From: Scyliorhinus canicula
Lineage: Eukaryota
Direction of reading: 5' to 3'
DNA: 64,000 nucleotides
Assembly (NCBI RefSeq): GCF_902713615.1
Contig: NC_052153.1
Coordinates: forward strand, 190,998,826 to 191,062,825
Below, piece by piece: positions 50,601 through 59,531 of this stretch. Position 1 is the first letter of the stretch; the number at the start of each line of letters is the position of its first letter. Under the pieces are notes generated by a model. That model worked only from the letters and a program-made list of their open reading frames with translations. It was not told the origin of the DNA and searched no databases. Both the position numbers and the translations under genes were made by a program.

Positions 50601-53600
50601 GGCGACTGGCACGCCGTGATTCCCGCCCCCGCCGAATCACCGGTGCCGGAGAATTCGGTGGGCCAGCGGGGGCGGGATTCAGCCCCCCCCCCTCCCCCAG
50701 CGATTCTCCGACCTGGCGGGAGGGGTCAGAGAATCCCGCCCATGTTTTCCAGATGTGTAACATCTGTCTGGGCGACAGCTGTTCCCTGGGATTGGGCAGC
50801 CCTCCAACCATCTTCTCCCTGGCGAGTCCCTGCCTCCATTTGATGTGCTGCAGCACGTGTGCGGTGCTCACCAGAGGGTGAGCCAGGAGCCTGATCACTA
50901 ACATTACCCACCGAGGTGATAGTGTCTGTGATGGTGAAGGTAGTGCCGAGGATACGGTGTCTTTCCTGGAATCATGCGCCGGGGTGTCTTTAGGCTACGG
51001 CTGGGGGCCAGTGACCCTGGACAGCCTAGCCTTGCCTGATGGTGATCCTGTAAGACAAAAGACATGTGGCGAGATCTTGGGAAGGACACGTCTGTGGGTG
51101 AGCGGTAACTCACTTGCTGCAAGGGCATCCGCGTTGCACTGGACTCTCACTTGTTTGACGCATGTCGAACTCCATTCCAGATACTGTCCTCTCCCCAGCC
51201 AACCCCCCCCCCCAGGTTGCAGGGTTCTTTCCTCAGAAGGAGCATGGACCCGAATATCTGGGATTCCCCGTTCCGTGTTTTGGCGCCCCATTGCGATTAT
51301 GGGCTGCCTTATCCTCGGGGACACAGAAAGGATATAGTGAGATACTGGGACGTGGGTTTTATGGGGGGCGGCTTGTAGCTGGTGGCATGTGTGTGCAAGG
51401 GTCCTGGCCAAAGAGAATGATACATGTGCTGAGGATTCGTGGAGGGTGGGCTGTGAGGGAGATGCAAGCAGGTGGGGTGTTATTGACCTTGAGGGGATTG
51501 GGGTCAGATGTGACGAGTGAGGAATGGGAGAGATGCCAAGGGCACAGAGACTGTTAATGAGCCATGCTGCTTGAAGGTACTTGAGAAGATGCCGCATGGC
51601 AGACTGGTACAAAAGGTGACGTCACACGGGATCAGAGGTGAGATAATAAGGTGAATACAGAACTGACGAGGTCATAGAAAACAAAAGTAGCAGTAGAGGG
51701 TGTTTTCCTGAATGGAAGGTTGTGACTAGTGGTGTTCCACAGGGATCGGTGCTGGGGCCTCTGTTGTTTGTGGTGTACATAAACAATTTGGAGGAAAATG
51801 TAGCTGGTCTGATTAGTAAGTTCACGGATTACACCAAGGTTGGTGAAGTGGGAGATAGTGTTGAGGGTTGTCAGAGGATACAGGAGGACAGAGATAGGTT
51901 GGAGACATGGGCAGAGAAATGGCAAATGGAGTTTAATCCGGGCAAATGTGAGGTTATGCGTTTTGGTAGGGCTAACAGAGAGGGGAAATATACCGTAAAT
52001 GGCAAAACCGTTAGGAATATAGAAAGTCAGAGAGATCTGGGCGTGCAGGTCCACAGATCTTTGAAAGTGGCAACATAAGTGGACAAGGTAGTCAAGAAAG
52101 CAGACGGAATGCCTGCATTCATTGGACAGGGCATCGAGTATAAAAACTGACAAGTCATACTCCAGTTGTATAGGACCTTGGTAAGGTCGCACTCCAAATA
52201 TTGCGCACAATTCTGGTCACCACATTACCAGAAGGGTGTGGAGGCTTTGGAGAGGGTGCAGAGGAGGTTTACCAGGATGTTGCCTGGTCTGGAGGGTGTT
52301 AGCTATGTGGAGAGGCTGAATAGACTCGGACTGCTTTCATTAGAACGACAGAGGTTCAGAGGGGACCTGATAGAGGTCCAGAAGATTATGAGGGGCATGG
52401 ATAGAGTGGATGGGCAGGCAGTCTTTCCCAGGGTGGAGGGGCCCATCACCAGGGGGCATAGGTTTAAGGTCCATGGGGCAGAGTTTAGAGGAGATGTGTG
52501 AGGCAGGTTTTTTACACAGAGGGTGGTGAGTGCCTGGAACGCTTTGCCAGGGGAGGCTGTGGAAGCAGGTATGTCAACGGCGTTCAAAAGGCATCTCAAC
52601 AAACACATGGATAGGATGGGTACAGAGAGATATGGCACAAGGAAGTGCTGAGAGTTTTGGCCAAGGGTGGTATCATGACTGGTACAGGCTTGGAGGGCCG
52701 AATGGCCTGTTCCTGTGCTGTATTGTTCTTTGTTCTTTAAAGTCATGCATCTTCTCATGGGATTGGGTGCCATCCTATGGTGAGGCTCTCCACCATCATG
52801 GCCTTTGCCACCTCATCCCAGGCGTCGTTCAGTATCGCAGCCATGAGTCTCCATCCCACCCTGGCGAAGAGTGTGACCCTCCAGCCAGGAAGCACGCTGA
52901 TGTTATTTGTGAAGGTATCCCAACTTGCAACACCGATTCTTGGGGCTGTTTAGTTTTGTTTTGTTTTGATGGGAGGAGACAAGTGAAACCCAGAGAGAAT
53001 AAACAGCCCAGTCATCATGTCACAATTATGAAAGACTATTTATTAAGTAAAGACAAATATGCACAAAAGGGACGACTCCAGCCTCACCCAATTAAGATGT
53101 CTTGGTTTTTGAGATGTTGGCGTCGCTGGCTGGGCCTGCAGTTATTGCCCATCCCTGAGGACATTTAAGAGTCAACCTCATTGCTGTGGGTCTGGAGTCA
53201 CATGTAGGCCAGACCAGGTAAGGACGGCAAATTTCCTTCCCGAAAGGACATTAGTGAACCAGATAAGTTTTTACGACATTTGACAATAGTTTCATAATCA
53301 GCATTAGATTTTTAATTCCAGATTTTTTATTGAATTGGTGGGATTCAAACCCGGGGTCCCCAGAGCATTACCCGGGCCTCTGGATTATTAGTCCAGCGAC
53401 AGTACCACAAATCCAGTGCCTCCCCTTAAAATGTATGAGTTACTAAACGCACACAGTTTATATAGAACGTACCCCTTGCTACACAATATATCTACAGTAC
53501 CTGAACTCTGTAAGACCTCCCCTGTTCCCCAGCAACATCCAAATGGAATAACCACCTATAGTTACCACACAATACAGGGATGGTACTCAAATGTGTGAAC

Positions 53601-56600
53601 CGCCTTATTCCTGGTCCAGCAAAGATATTTTAAAACTGCTGTTACGAAGGTTTTCTGCACTGCCTCGGCTCCATGACTTAGAAGCCTGTTTGTTGTAAAC
53701 TTGTCCATGATGGCTGGAAACTGGCCTATCAATTTTTTGAGACTGCTAGATGGTAACTGCCTCCCTCCCCTCAGGAACTGGTCAAGTACACCTTTGTTGT
53801 TCATAAAATCATAGAATTTACAGTGCAGAAGGAGGCCATTCAGCCCATCGAGCCTGCACCGGCTCTTGGAAAGAGCACCCTACCCAAGGTCAACAACTCC
53901 ACCCTATCCCCATAACCCAGTAACCCCACCCAACACTAAAGGCAATTTTGGACACTAAGGGCAATTTATCATGGCCAATCCACCTAACCTGCACATCTTT
54001 GGACTGTGGGAGGAAACCGGAGCACCCGGAGGAAACCCACGCACACACGGGGAGGATGTGCAGACTCCACACAGACAGTGACCCAAGCCGGAATCGAACC
54101 TGGGACCCTGGAGCTGTGAAGCGATTGTGCTATCCACAATGCTACCATGCTGCCCCTTGTTCTTTGATTGTTCTGTGTAATTGGTTGTCTGCATCTATCA
54201 ACTTCCTTGACTACACATCAACATGTACATATTTGAGGGATCTTCCCAATCGTCTACAATCTGTTTCTCCTCCATAATCTATTCACGCTTGATTATCTAA
54301 ACTGCCGTTCTAAACTCGTTGCTGGGACTAACGCAGTGTTATGGGCCAGGGTTTAGAGAACACCAAAGTGTATCATGGAGTTCACCTGACCCAAACTTTA
54401 AATAGATTTAGTTATGGGGAGCACAAGGGCCCACTTTACAGGTGTGATGCAACAAAGAACTAAGAGTATTTTAAAACGAAAACAATGTTTATTCTATGAA
54501 ATCCAGTTAACATTTTTATAAACACACAGTAAACATCTCAGCAACTATCAACTCAACTACTCCCCCCAAAGAATACAGTACTCTATAAGTAACCCTTAAT
54601 CTTTCCTAACAACATCCATAAGACCCTCTTTAACACAGAGATCAGATTTAAATTCTCTACTGAGAGCAGTTATCACTTTTAAATTAGCAAGTGATCTGCA
54701 GATATTCCTTTCATGCAGATAGAAATCAGAATTACACCTGGTTTTGTTGGATGCAGCTCCCAATCTGCAAAATGAAACTAAACATACCCTGTAGCTGCTA
54801 GCTCAAAGCGAAAGTAAAACAGACAGACAGCCCAGCTCCACCTACACTCTGACATCACTGCAGCTATTTGATAAACACCCATTTCTTAAAGGTACATCCA
54901 CTGCAGCTATTTGATAAACACCCATTTCTTAAAGGTACATCCACTACAGCTATTTGATAAACACCCATTTCTAAAAGGTAAGCCCACTGCAGCTATTTGA
55001 TAAACACACTTAAAGGTGCTCTCACATGACAGCAGACCAGTTGAGGAAATTTGAATACTGTCCATTGCTGTCTTCAGGTAGATTCATGACATTCCTCTCC
55101 TCAACACCATCCAGCATACGTTCAATGTTAGCATCCAGGTACCTTGGTTCTGTTCTTTCAGTGGCTGTCACCTTGGCTGGAATGACAGTCAGTGCTGAGT
55201 GGAGCCTTTAAAAGCTGCTCCAGCTTGTCAGGCTCCGAACACAAATCCCCACCCCAGTGAATCAGATGCCAGCGTGCATTTACATGACCTGCATTTCTCC
55301 TGGCCGGCGCAGTTCCCTCGATTCTCCACCGGCGGCAGCACTTAGTCTCCAGGACGGAGAATCCAGGCCATTGTTTTAAAATCTGCCGGATTGTTTTGAA
55401 TAGCCAGCAGGAGATTGATGGCGGACCCGGTAGACTCCCGCTCCTTTCGAGAGGGTTAACAAAATCTTATCTACCAGGGCTATGGGGCTAGGTGGATAAG
55501 TGGAGCTGAGGCCACAATCAGAGCAGCCATGTTCTTATTGAATGGGGCAGCAGACCAAGGGGCAGAATGGCCTACTCCTGCTCCTAATTCTTGTGTCCTT
55601 ATCTGTCCTAATATCTCTTTTCTTGGCTCAGAAATTGTGTTTGTTTCTCTCTCCTGTGAAGTACCTTGAGATATTGCACAATGGTATAGGCTCTGGGTAA
55701 ATGCGTTGTTGGGCTAATTGCTTTGCGATTCAATTGTAGAAAGGTTTTTCAGGTAAGGATGAAAAGGGGGAAGTAACTGACCATATTCTGCCCAAATAAC
55801 TGATGCCTGCTCACACGTCTTCTGATCTTATATCCTTTCCAGGGCCGCAGGAGTCTCTGTACAGCAACGTTAATATTCGAAAGGAAGAGACAGGTAAGGA
55901 ATAGCAACGGAAAGATGGCAGCTAACTCAGATTCCTACTGTAACTAACTACGGGGCAACTAACTACCTAACTGTGAGTGACACGGTGACATAGTAGTTAT
56001 CAGTCCTGCATCACAGCGCCAGGGACCCGGGATCGACTCCAACCGCGGGACACTGTCTGTGCGGAGTCTGCACGTTCTCCCCGTGTCTGTGTGGGTTTCC
56101 TCCGGGTGCTCCGGTTTCCTCCCACAGTCCAAAGATGTGCAGGTGAGGTGGATTGCCCATGCTAAATTGCGCCTTAGTGTCCAAAAAGGTCAGGTGGGGT
56201 TACGGGTAGAGGGAGGAGTGTGGGTGCTCTTTTGGAGGATTGGTGCAGAATCGATGGGGCTGAATGGCCTCTTCCTGTCCTGTACTCTTCCTGGTTCTCT
56301 AATGGGCAAGATAGAGTGTGTGTCTTTTTAAATACTGACTGTTAAAAGGGCAGATTATTATTGAATTCAAATTTCACCGTCTGCAGTGGCAAGATTTGAA
56401 CCTGGGACCCCAGAGTATTATTCTAGGTCTCTGGTTTACTAGCCCAGTGACAATACCACTAAGCCACCGCCTCCCCATCTGAACTAAACAGAGAAAATGC
56501 TGGAAAAAATCTCTGCCGGTCTGGCAGCAAAATTAAAAACTAGCTGTCTCGCCTGTCTCTGAATGGGAGAAGAGATTGAAGAAGAATGTTGACAAAGGGA

Positions 56601-56986
56601 GAGATTCAACAGCTCCTTCTTAGTGCGTTCCTGTCCTATCAGTCCCAGCTTCCCACTTTCCACACTTTGTCCAGCAATAACTTAGAGCCAACAACAAACA
56701 ATTATCCAACAACTTGAATTGTGGTTTCCGTCAGCATTATATCAATTTAAGAACAGTTTGATGGCAATGGTTGGGCGACAGCGATCCTAACTTATAGTTA
56801 CAGTCAAGGCCACAGACAAGACATTCCAACTTGACACATTTAAGAATTGATATGATTCTGAAAGATTTCCTCTTTGTTGCTCTGCAATCAAGCTGCAGAA
56901 TCTCAAACAACCCGGTGCAAAAATTCCCTGACACTGAATTTTCTTTTTCAGCTGTAATCTACGCGACTGTCGCCAAATCTACCTAA
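5280..56986 (+). CDS. Siglec-15-like type I membrane receptor, V-V-C2-TM with three ITIMs; join(5280..5669,19525..19890,39321..39689,43961..44032,49800..49868,55843..55893,56952..56986); leader exon not identified
   Basis: All seven exons have AG/GT boundaries and phase 1, and concatenate without a stop until TAA 56984-56986 (about 450 aa). Domain order Ig-V, Ig-V, Ig-C2, TM, ITIM tail is coherent. Confidence 0.85.
5783..6125 (+). mobile_element. tRNA-headed SINE, second family (core GGGAAGGAAATCTGCCGTCCTTACC)
   Basis: A-box/B-box-like head. Near-identical core at 37740-38050 (+) and 53080-53420 (-). Confidence 0.75.
7200..7745 (+). mobile_element. Degenerate Ty1/Copia-type gag fragment
   Basis: [34 protein letters not shown] resembles the Copia gag capsid segment; frameshifted upstream. 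Confidence 0.6.
7780..8080 (-). mobile_element. HE1-like SINE
   Basis: Full SINE body plus CR1-derived tail in reverse. Confidence 0.85.
8090..9835 (-). mobile_element. 5'-truncated CR1 LINE (RT region to 3' end) with a SINE inserted at 8732-8920
   Basis: Minus ORFs with [33 protein letters not shown]. Confidence 0.92.
8732..8920 (+). mobile_element. Short tRNA-derived SINE with (TTTCA)n tail
   Basis: GGGGCTGGTTTAGCTCA head, GGTTCAATTCC B-box, ATACAAC-like TSD. Other copies at 38405-38590 (-) and 57553-57735 (+). Confidence 0.85.
10718..10825. repeat. 27-bp tandem repeat x4 (ACAACTCTGTACAAAAACTCTATCATC)
   Basis: Copies start at 10718, 10745, 10772, 10799. Confidence 0.95.
11052..12693 (-). 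mobile_element. Ty1/Copia pol remnant (RT and RNase H), cut by the Gypsy insertion at 12694
   Basis: [41 protein letters not shown] (YVDD position), YNDASYA, DNKSL, SDCLTK; several frameshifts. Confidence 0.9.
15062..15410 (-). mobile_element. HE1-like SINE inserted in the Gypsy pol
   Basis: Interrupts PTVVD(K)PVENQ between protease and integrase. Confidence 0.9.
18880..19225 (+). mobile_element. Rex1/Babar-type LINE 3' end inserted in the Gypsy 3' LTR
   Basis: Matches the reverse of 31301-31700; ends AATAAACAAATCCAAT(CCAAT)n. Confidence 0.85.
19525..19890 (+). CDS. Exon: second V-set Ig domain (YFCHVHI, no essential Arg)
   Basis: Acceptor tttccctatctcAG, donor G/GTAAGA, 366 nt, phase 1-1. 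[39 protein letters not shown] is a textbook V-set. Confidence 0.9.
20190..20790 (-). mobile_element. Cluster of three nested HE1-like SINE pieces inside the 5' LTR
   Basis: SINE bodies in reverse; AACAGTC flanks the cluster on both sides. Confidence 0.8.
21480..25972 (+). mobile_element. Near full-length CR1 LINE
   Basis: 5' UTR, ORF1, ORF2 (APE endonuclease plus RT) broken by single stops at 23543-23545 and 24146-24148, 3' end TTCTTATGTTCTTAT. Confidence 0.95.
21899..22819 (+). pseudogene. CR1 ORF1: zinc-finger (CSSC..CKKC), coiled coil, SGNH/GDSL esterase domain
   Basis: [24 protein letters not shown] esterase blocks; the probable ATG upstream reads ATAGCA near 21879. Confidence 0.85.
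22844..25974 (+). pseudogene. CR1 ORF2 (APE endonuclease-reverse transcriptase), two premature stops
   Basis: [46 protein letters not shown] in one frame across three ORF pieces. Confidence 0.92.
25995..26225 (+). mobile_element. HE1-like SINE
   Basis: Head CACAGTGGCGCAGTGGGTTAGC, B-box GGTTCGATCC. Confidence 0.8.
26230..30470 (+). mobile_element. 5'-truncated CR1 split by an opposite-strand CR1 (pieces 26230-26665 and 29640-30470)
   Basis: RT frame [18 protein letters not shown]... stops near 26665 and resumes at GAGATGGCAGATGGAG near 29645. Confidence 0.85.
26666..29640 (-). mobile_element. CR1 LINE ORF2 (endonuclease plus RT, one internal stop)
   Basis: Minus ORFs 27924-29693 and 26751-27914: [23 protein letters not shown]; tail (CATAGAA)n at 26665. 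Confidence 0.95.
31301..34910 (-). mobile_element. Rex1/Babar-type LINE, defective
   Basis: [65 protein letters not shown]; (TTGGA)n tail at 31301. Confidence 0.88.
35358..35525 (+). repeat. 45-bp coding-type tandem repeat x3 ([15 protein letters not shown]) in the LTR element internal region
   Basis: TCAGATCATCCAGGAGGGACTGATGTCACAATGCTCAACGATGCA repeated. Confidence 0.9.
35625..35945 (-). mobile_element. HE1-like SINE
   Basis: Full body in reverse with CATAGAA tail. Confidence 0.85.
37040..37330 (-). mobile_element. HE1-like SINE
   Basis: SINE body in reverse. Confidence 0.8.
38791..38992. mobile_element. Penelope-derived fold-back element with a 76-bp inverted repeat, inserted in a SINE tail
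   Basis: Arms 38824-38899 and 38917-38992 are reverse complements with 2 mismatches; flanked by GTCATAAGTA / GTCACAAGTA. Confidence 0.8.
38877..38911 (-). ncRNA. Minimal type I hammerhead ribozyme motif
   Basis: Minus strand reads CAC-CUGAGGA-A-GGAGC-AGU-GCUCC-GAAA-GC-UC-GUG: core CUGANGA and GAAA, 5-bp stem II, NUH triplet CUC, 3-bp stem I. Confidence 0.65.
39321..39689 (+). CDS. Exon: C2-set Ig domain plus transmembrane helix (no charged residue)
   Basis: Acceptor after a long pyrimidine tract (alternative AG at 39313-39314 is also in frame), donor [36 protein letters not shown] parallels Siglec-15 C2; [26 protein letters not shown] followed by KR. Confidence 0.92.
41165..41790 (-). mobile_element. 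Two HE1-like SINEs
   Basis: Reverse SINE bodies 41165-41460 and 41530-41790. Confidence 0.82.
41988..42275 (+). mobile_element. HE1-like SINE
   Basis: Forward SINE body with CR1-type tail. Confidence 0.8.
42785..43255 (-). mobile_element. CR1 3' fragment, same subfamily as 21480-25972
   Basis: Near-exact reverse complement of about 25520-25972. Confidence 0.9.
43961..44032 (+). CDS. Cytoplasmic exon 1 ([24 protein letters not shown])
   Basis: Acceptor tctttgatAG (same as the 49800 exon), donor G/GTATTA, 72 nt, phase 1-1, non-repeat sequence. Confidence 0.7.
44060..45900 (-). mobile_element. Penelope-like element remnant (GIY-YIG C-terminus and 3' region), interrupted by a CR1 piece (44215-44660) and a MITE
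   Basis: Minus translation IPVPYHFN...QHKLE / [11 protein letters not shown] at 45620-45890; degenerate hammerhead near 44177-44209. Confidence 0.7.
44932..45613. mobile_element. Harbinger-type MITE
   Basis: TIR GGGCGAAATTCTCC ... GGAGAATGCCGCCC; 3-bp TSD CTG (44929-44931 and 45614-45616). Confidence 0.8.
46630..46930 (-). mobile_element. HE1-like SINE (alternative tail)
   Basis: Reverse body plus GGGCTTTTCACAGTAACTTCATTG-type tail. Confidence 0.82.
47240..47655 (-). mobile_element. HE1-like SINE(s)
   Basis: Reverse SINE body, with a piece of a second tail in the opposite orientation. Confidence 0.75.
47899..47964 (+). CDS. Candidate extra cytoplasmic exon ([22 protein letters not shown]), paralogous to 43961-44032
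   Basis: ttttccAG acceptor in phase 1; [10 protein letters not shown] vs [10 protein letters not shown] (21/30 nt identical by eye); donor A/GTAATT is weak. Confidence 0.3.
48305..49475 (+). mobile_element. Degenerate 5'-truncated CR1
   Basis: [37 protein letters not shown]. Confidence 0.88.
49800..49868 (+). CDS. Cytoplasmic exon 2 with ITIM VVYTAV
   Basis: Acceptor tctttgatAG, donor G/GTAATG, 69 nt, phase 1-1: [23 protein letters not shown]. Confidence 0.85.
50338..50741. mobile_element. Harbinger-type MITE containing a 52-bp hairpin
   Basis: TIR GGGCGGGATTCTC ... GAGAATCCCGCCC, 3-bp TSD ATG; inner arms 50460-50511 and 50539-50590. Confidence 0.82.
51595..52735 (+). mobile_element. 5'-truncated CR1
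   Basis: [30 protein letters not shown], 3' UTR ending GTTCTTTGTTCTTT. Confidence 0.92.
53805..54155 (-). mobile_element. HE1-like SINE
   Basis: Complete reverse body and tail. Confidence 0.88.
54337..55031 (-). mobile_element. Solo LTR of the Gmr1-type Gypsy family, with internal ~41-bp tandem repeats
   Basis: Termini are the reverse complement of 12694-13274 (TGTTATGGGCCAGGG...CATGACA); 4-bp TSD GCAG; CACTGCAGCTATTTGATAAACACCC repeated about 4 times. Confidence 0.9.
55843..55893 (+). CDS. Cytoplasmic exon 3 with ITIM SLYSNV
   Basis: Acceptor tatcctttccAG, donor G/GTAAGG, 51 nt, phase 1-1: [17 protein letters not shown]. Confidence 0.88.
55985..56300 (+). mobile_element. HE1-like SINE
   Basis: Forward SINE body. 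Confidence 0.8.
56952..56986 (+). CDS. Terminal coding exon with ITIM VIYATV and stop
   Basis: Acceptor ttttctttttcAG; reads [11 protein letters not shown] then TAA in phase 1. Confidence 0.85.
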
Positions 56987-57241
56987 CGCCGCCGGCCAAG
57001 ATGTGAGGGAAGTGTGACTCTCTCCATCTGACAACAAGAGAAACAGAGGAACATATGAATTAGGAACTGGAGTAGGCCGTTCCCCCCCCTGTCGGGCCTC
57101 CACCCACGTTTGTTCAGGACAATGCTCCCTGTGTTGATAAGGGTTTTGGCCGAGTTAGGGAGTGAATATTGAACTGGGGCTCTGACACGCGGTGCCATGT
57201 GTCCCGAAATGCAAGTTTCAGAGGTTCCCCACCTTGGTAAC

Positions 57242-57528
57242 TGATGAGCCATCAATTGCACGAGAGACGAGTTGCTATACAAAAGTTAGGCTTTAATAAG
57301 CTAGAACTTAGCCCTGCGGTTGACTACAATAAAATGGACGACCGCCGGGCGTTCCGACTATTTATACCTCAGTATGGAGGCGTGGTTAACTCAGCCCCTC
57401 GACCAATCGGAGAGCTGTCACATGACTGGTCTCAACCAATCGGTCGAGAGGCACATGACCGACCAGGGCCAATGGTAAGCCGGTGTTCTGCACCAATGGC
57501 AGACAGCTATGCAAATCATATCACCACA
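57242..57528 (-). mobile_element. Solo LTR (287 bp), antisense to the gene
   Basis: TG...CA termini, 5-bp TSD GTAAC; minus-strand TATAAA (57361-57366) and ATTAAA (57291-57296); several CCAAT boxes; octamer ATGCAAAT 57509-57516. Confidence 0.88.
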
Positions 57529-57831
57529 GTAACCTCACCATGGCAACCTCCATGGGGGCTGGTTTAGCTCACTGGGTTAAATCACTGACTTTTAAAGCAA
57601 ACCAAGCAGGCCAGCAGCACGGTTCAATTCCCGTACCAGCCTCCCCGGACAGGCGCCGGAATGTGGCGACTAGGGGCTTTTCACAGTAACTTCATTGAAG
57701 CCTACTCGTGACAATAAGCGATTTTCATTTCATTTCCACAGAAGAGAGAAGCCAGATTCTTCAAAAGAATCTTTTCGATAGCGCCTTTCACGATCTCAAG
57801 TGCTTCACGGTTTAAGTACTGTTGAAGTTAA

Positions 57832-58590
57832 GGACAGCACGGTAGCGCAGTGGTTAGCACTGTGGCTTCACAGCGCCAGGGTCCCAGGTTCGATTCCCGG
57901 CTTGGGTCACTGTCTGTGTGGAGTCTGCACGTTCTCCCCGTGTCTGCGTAGGTTTCCTCCGGGTGCTCCGGTTTCCTCCCACAGGTTCCGAAAGACGTGC
58001 TGTTAGGTAATTTGGACATTCTGAATTCTCCCTCAGTGCACCCGAACAGGCGCCGGAGTGTGGCGACTAGGGGCTTTTCACAGTAACTTCATTGCAGTGT
58101 TAATGTAGGCCTACTTGTGACAATAAAGATTATTTTTAAAAAGTAATAGTTGTAATATTGAAAACTCAATAGACTTTTAAAAATATTCTTTTGGTGATGT
58201 GGGCTTCGGTGAACTGGCTAGGCCCAGCATTTGTTGCCCATCCCAAATGGGCCACACAGTAACACAGTGGTTGGCACAATTTCTTCACAGCTCCAGGGTC
58301 CCAGATTCATTTCCCGGCTTGGGTCACTTTCTATGCGGGTGCACCTTCTCCCCGTGTGTTCGTGGGTTTCCTCCGGGTGCTCCGATTTCCTCCCACAGTC
58401 CAAAGATGTGCAAGTTAGGTGGATTGGCCGTGTTAAATTGCCCTTACAGTCCAAAAGTTGCCCTCAATGTTGGGTGCGGTTACTGGGGTAGGGTGGAGGT
58501 GTGGGCTTGGGTAGGGTGCTCTTTCCAAGCGCCGGTGCAGACTCGATGGACTGAATGGCCTCCTTCTGCACTGTAAATTCTATGATTCTA
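57832..58590 (+). mobile_element. Two HE1-like SINEs with different tails
   Basis: 57832-58135 and 58250-58590. Confidence 0.82.
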
Positions 58591-58729
58591 ATTGCCCTCG
58601 AGAAGGCGATGGTGAGCTGCCTTCTTGAACGAGAGCAGTCCATGAGGTGTAGGTACACGCACTGTGCTGTTAGGGGAGGGAGTTCCAGGATGTTGCCCCA
58701 GCGACAGTGAAGGAACGGCGATATATTTC

Positions 58730-59030
58730 CAAGATCATCCACAGGAACCTGAAATCATAAAGTGCAGCGAAACATCAGATCATACAAAAGACACTGAGAC
58801 TAAAAGGTTTGAAAATGAATCAAACAATGCCAAGAAGAACGGGACATTGTTCAGACAAAAAAAAGAAGTCATGCCGATGAATTTATTGAGTTCATTTTTG
58901 CTCAAAGACCAAACAGCAATCCGGTATTTAAGGCAAATGACATACAAAATCGATACCACAAGCACAGAAAAAAGACCAGGTCAGACACCAAAGGTTGTTC
59001 AACCAGTCAAACACCTGACGATGACTTCTT
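58730..59030 (+). mobile_element. Fragment of the internal region of the 20101-36977 LTR family
   Basis: GATCATCCACAGGAACCTGA...AAAAGACCAGGTCAGACA matches 35510-35610 and 36225-36420. Confidence 0.8.
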
Positions 59031-59499
59031 GGTACTTCAACACACCACAAGTGAGAAGACTTCCGGTCGGCGAGCAGAGCGGTCGCACGGAGAGGGGCAC
59101 CCGCAGGGTAACAAAGTCGGGGCCTTTCTCTCCACAGGGGCAAAGAGCAGGGAAGGGGGAACCCCCCCCACACCCACCCCACACCAACCCCCCCACCAAC
59201 CCTCCCCAACCCCCCTACCAACCCCCCACCCCCCCACCCCACCCCACCCCCCACCCCACCCCACTCCCCAACCCCCAACAAACCTGTCGGCGGAGCATCC
59301 TCGGCGGCGGCGGCAAGTCCAGCTCCCCCCCCCCCCCCCCCCAACGCAGGCCAGGAGCGGTGCGGCAGCGGCCAGGACTGAAGCGGGGCACAGCCGGCGG
59401 CAGCGACCAGCGACCTAACCACCCCCACCGGGAGGGCGCGGGGTGTGAAGTGCAGCAGCCCGAACGGAGCAGCGGGGACCGAGCGGCGGGGACCGACCC

Positions 59500-59531
<32 letters not shown>

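Larger units (their letters stand above)
49990..52920 (-). pseudogene. Harbinger-associated Myb/SANT-like gene remnant, interrupted by a MITE and a CR1
   Basis: 52740-52900 minus reads [27 protein letters not shown]; 51200-51300 minus reads [27 protein letters not shown]. Both resemble Harbinger ORF2 Myb-like proteins (recalled consensus). Confidence 0.55.

Noticed and set aside
5783-58590. tRNA-like heads of the many SINEs as tRNA genes
   Set aside because: They have A/B boxes but no full cloverleaf, and continue into SINE bodies.
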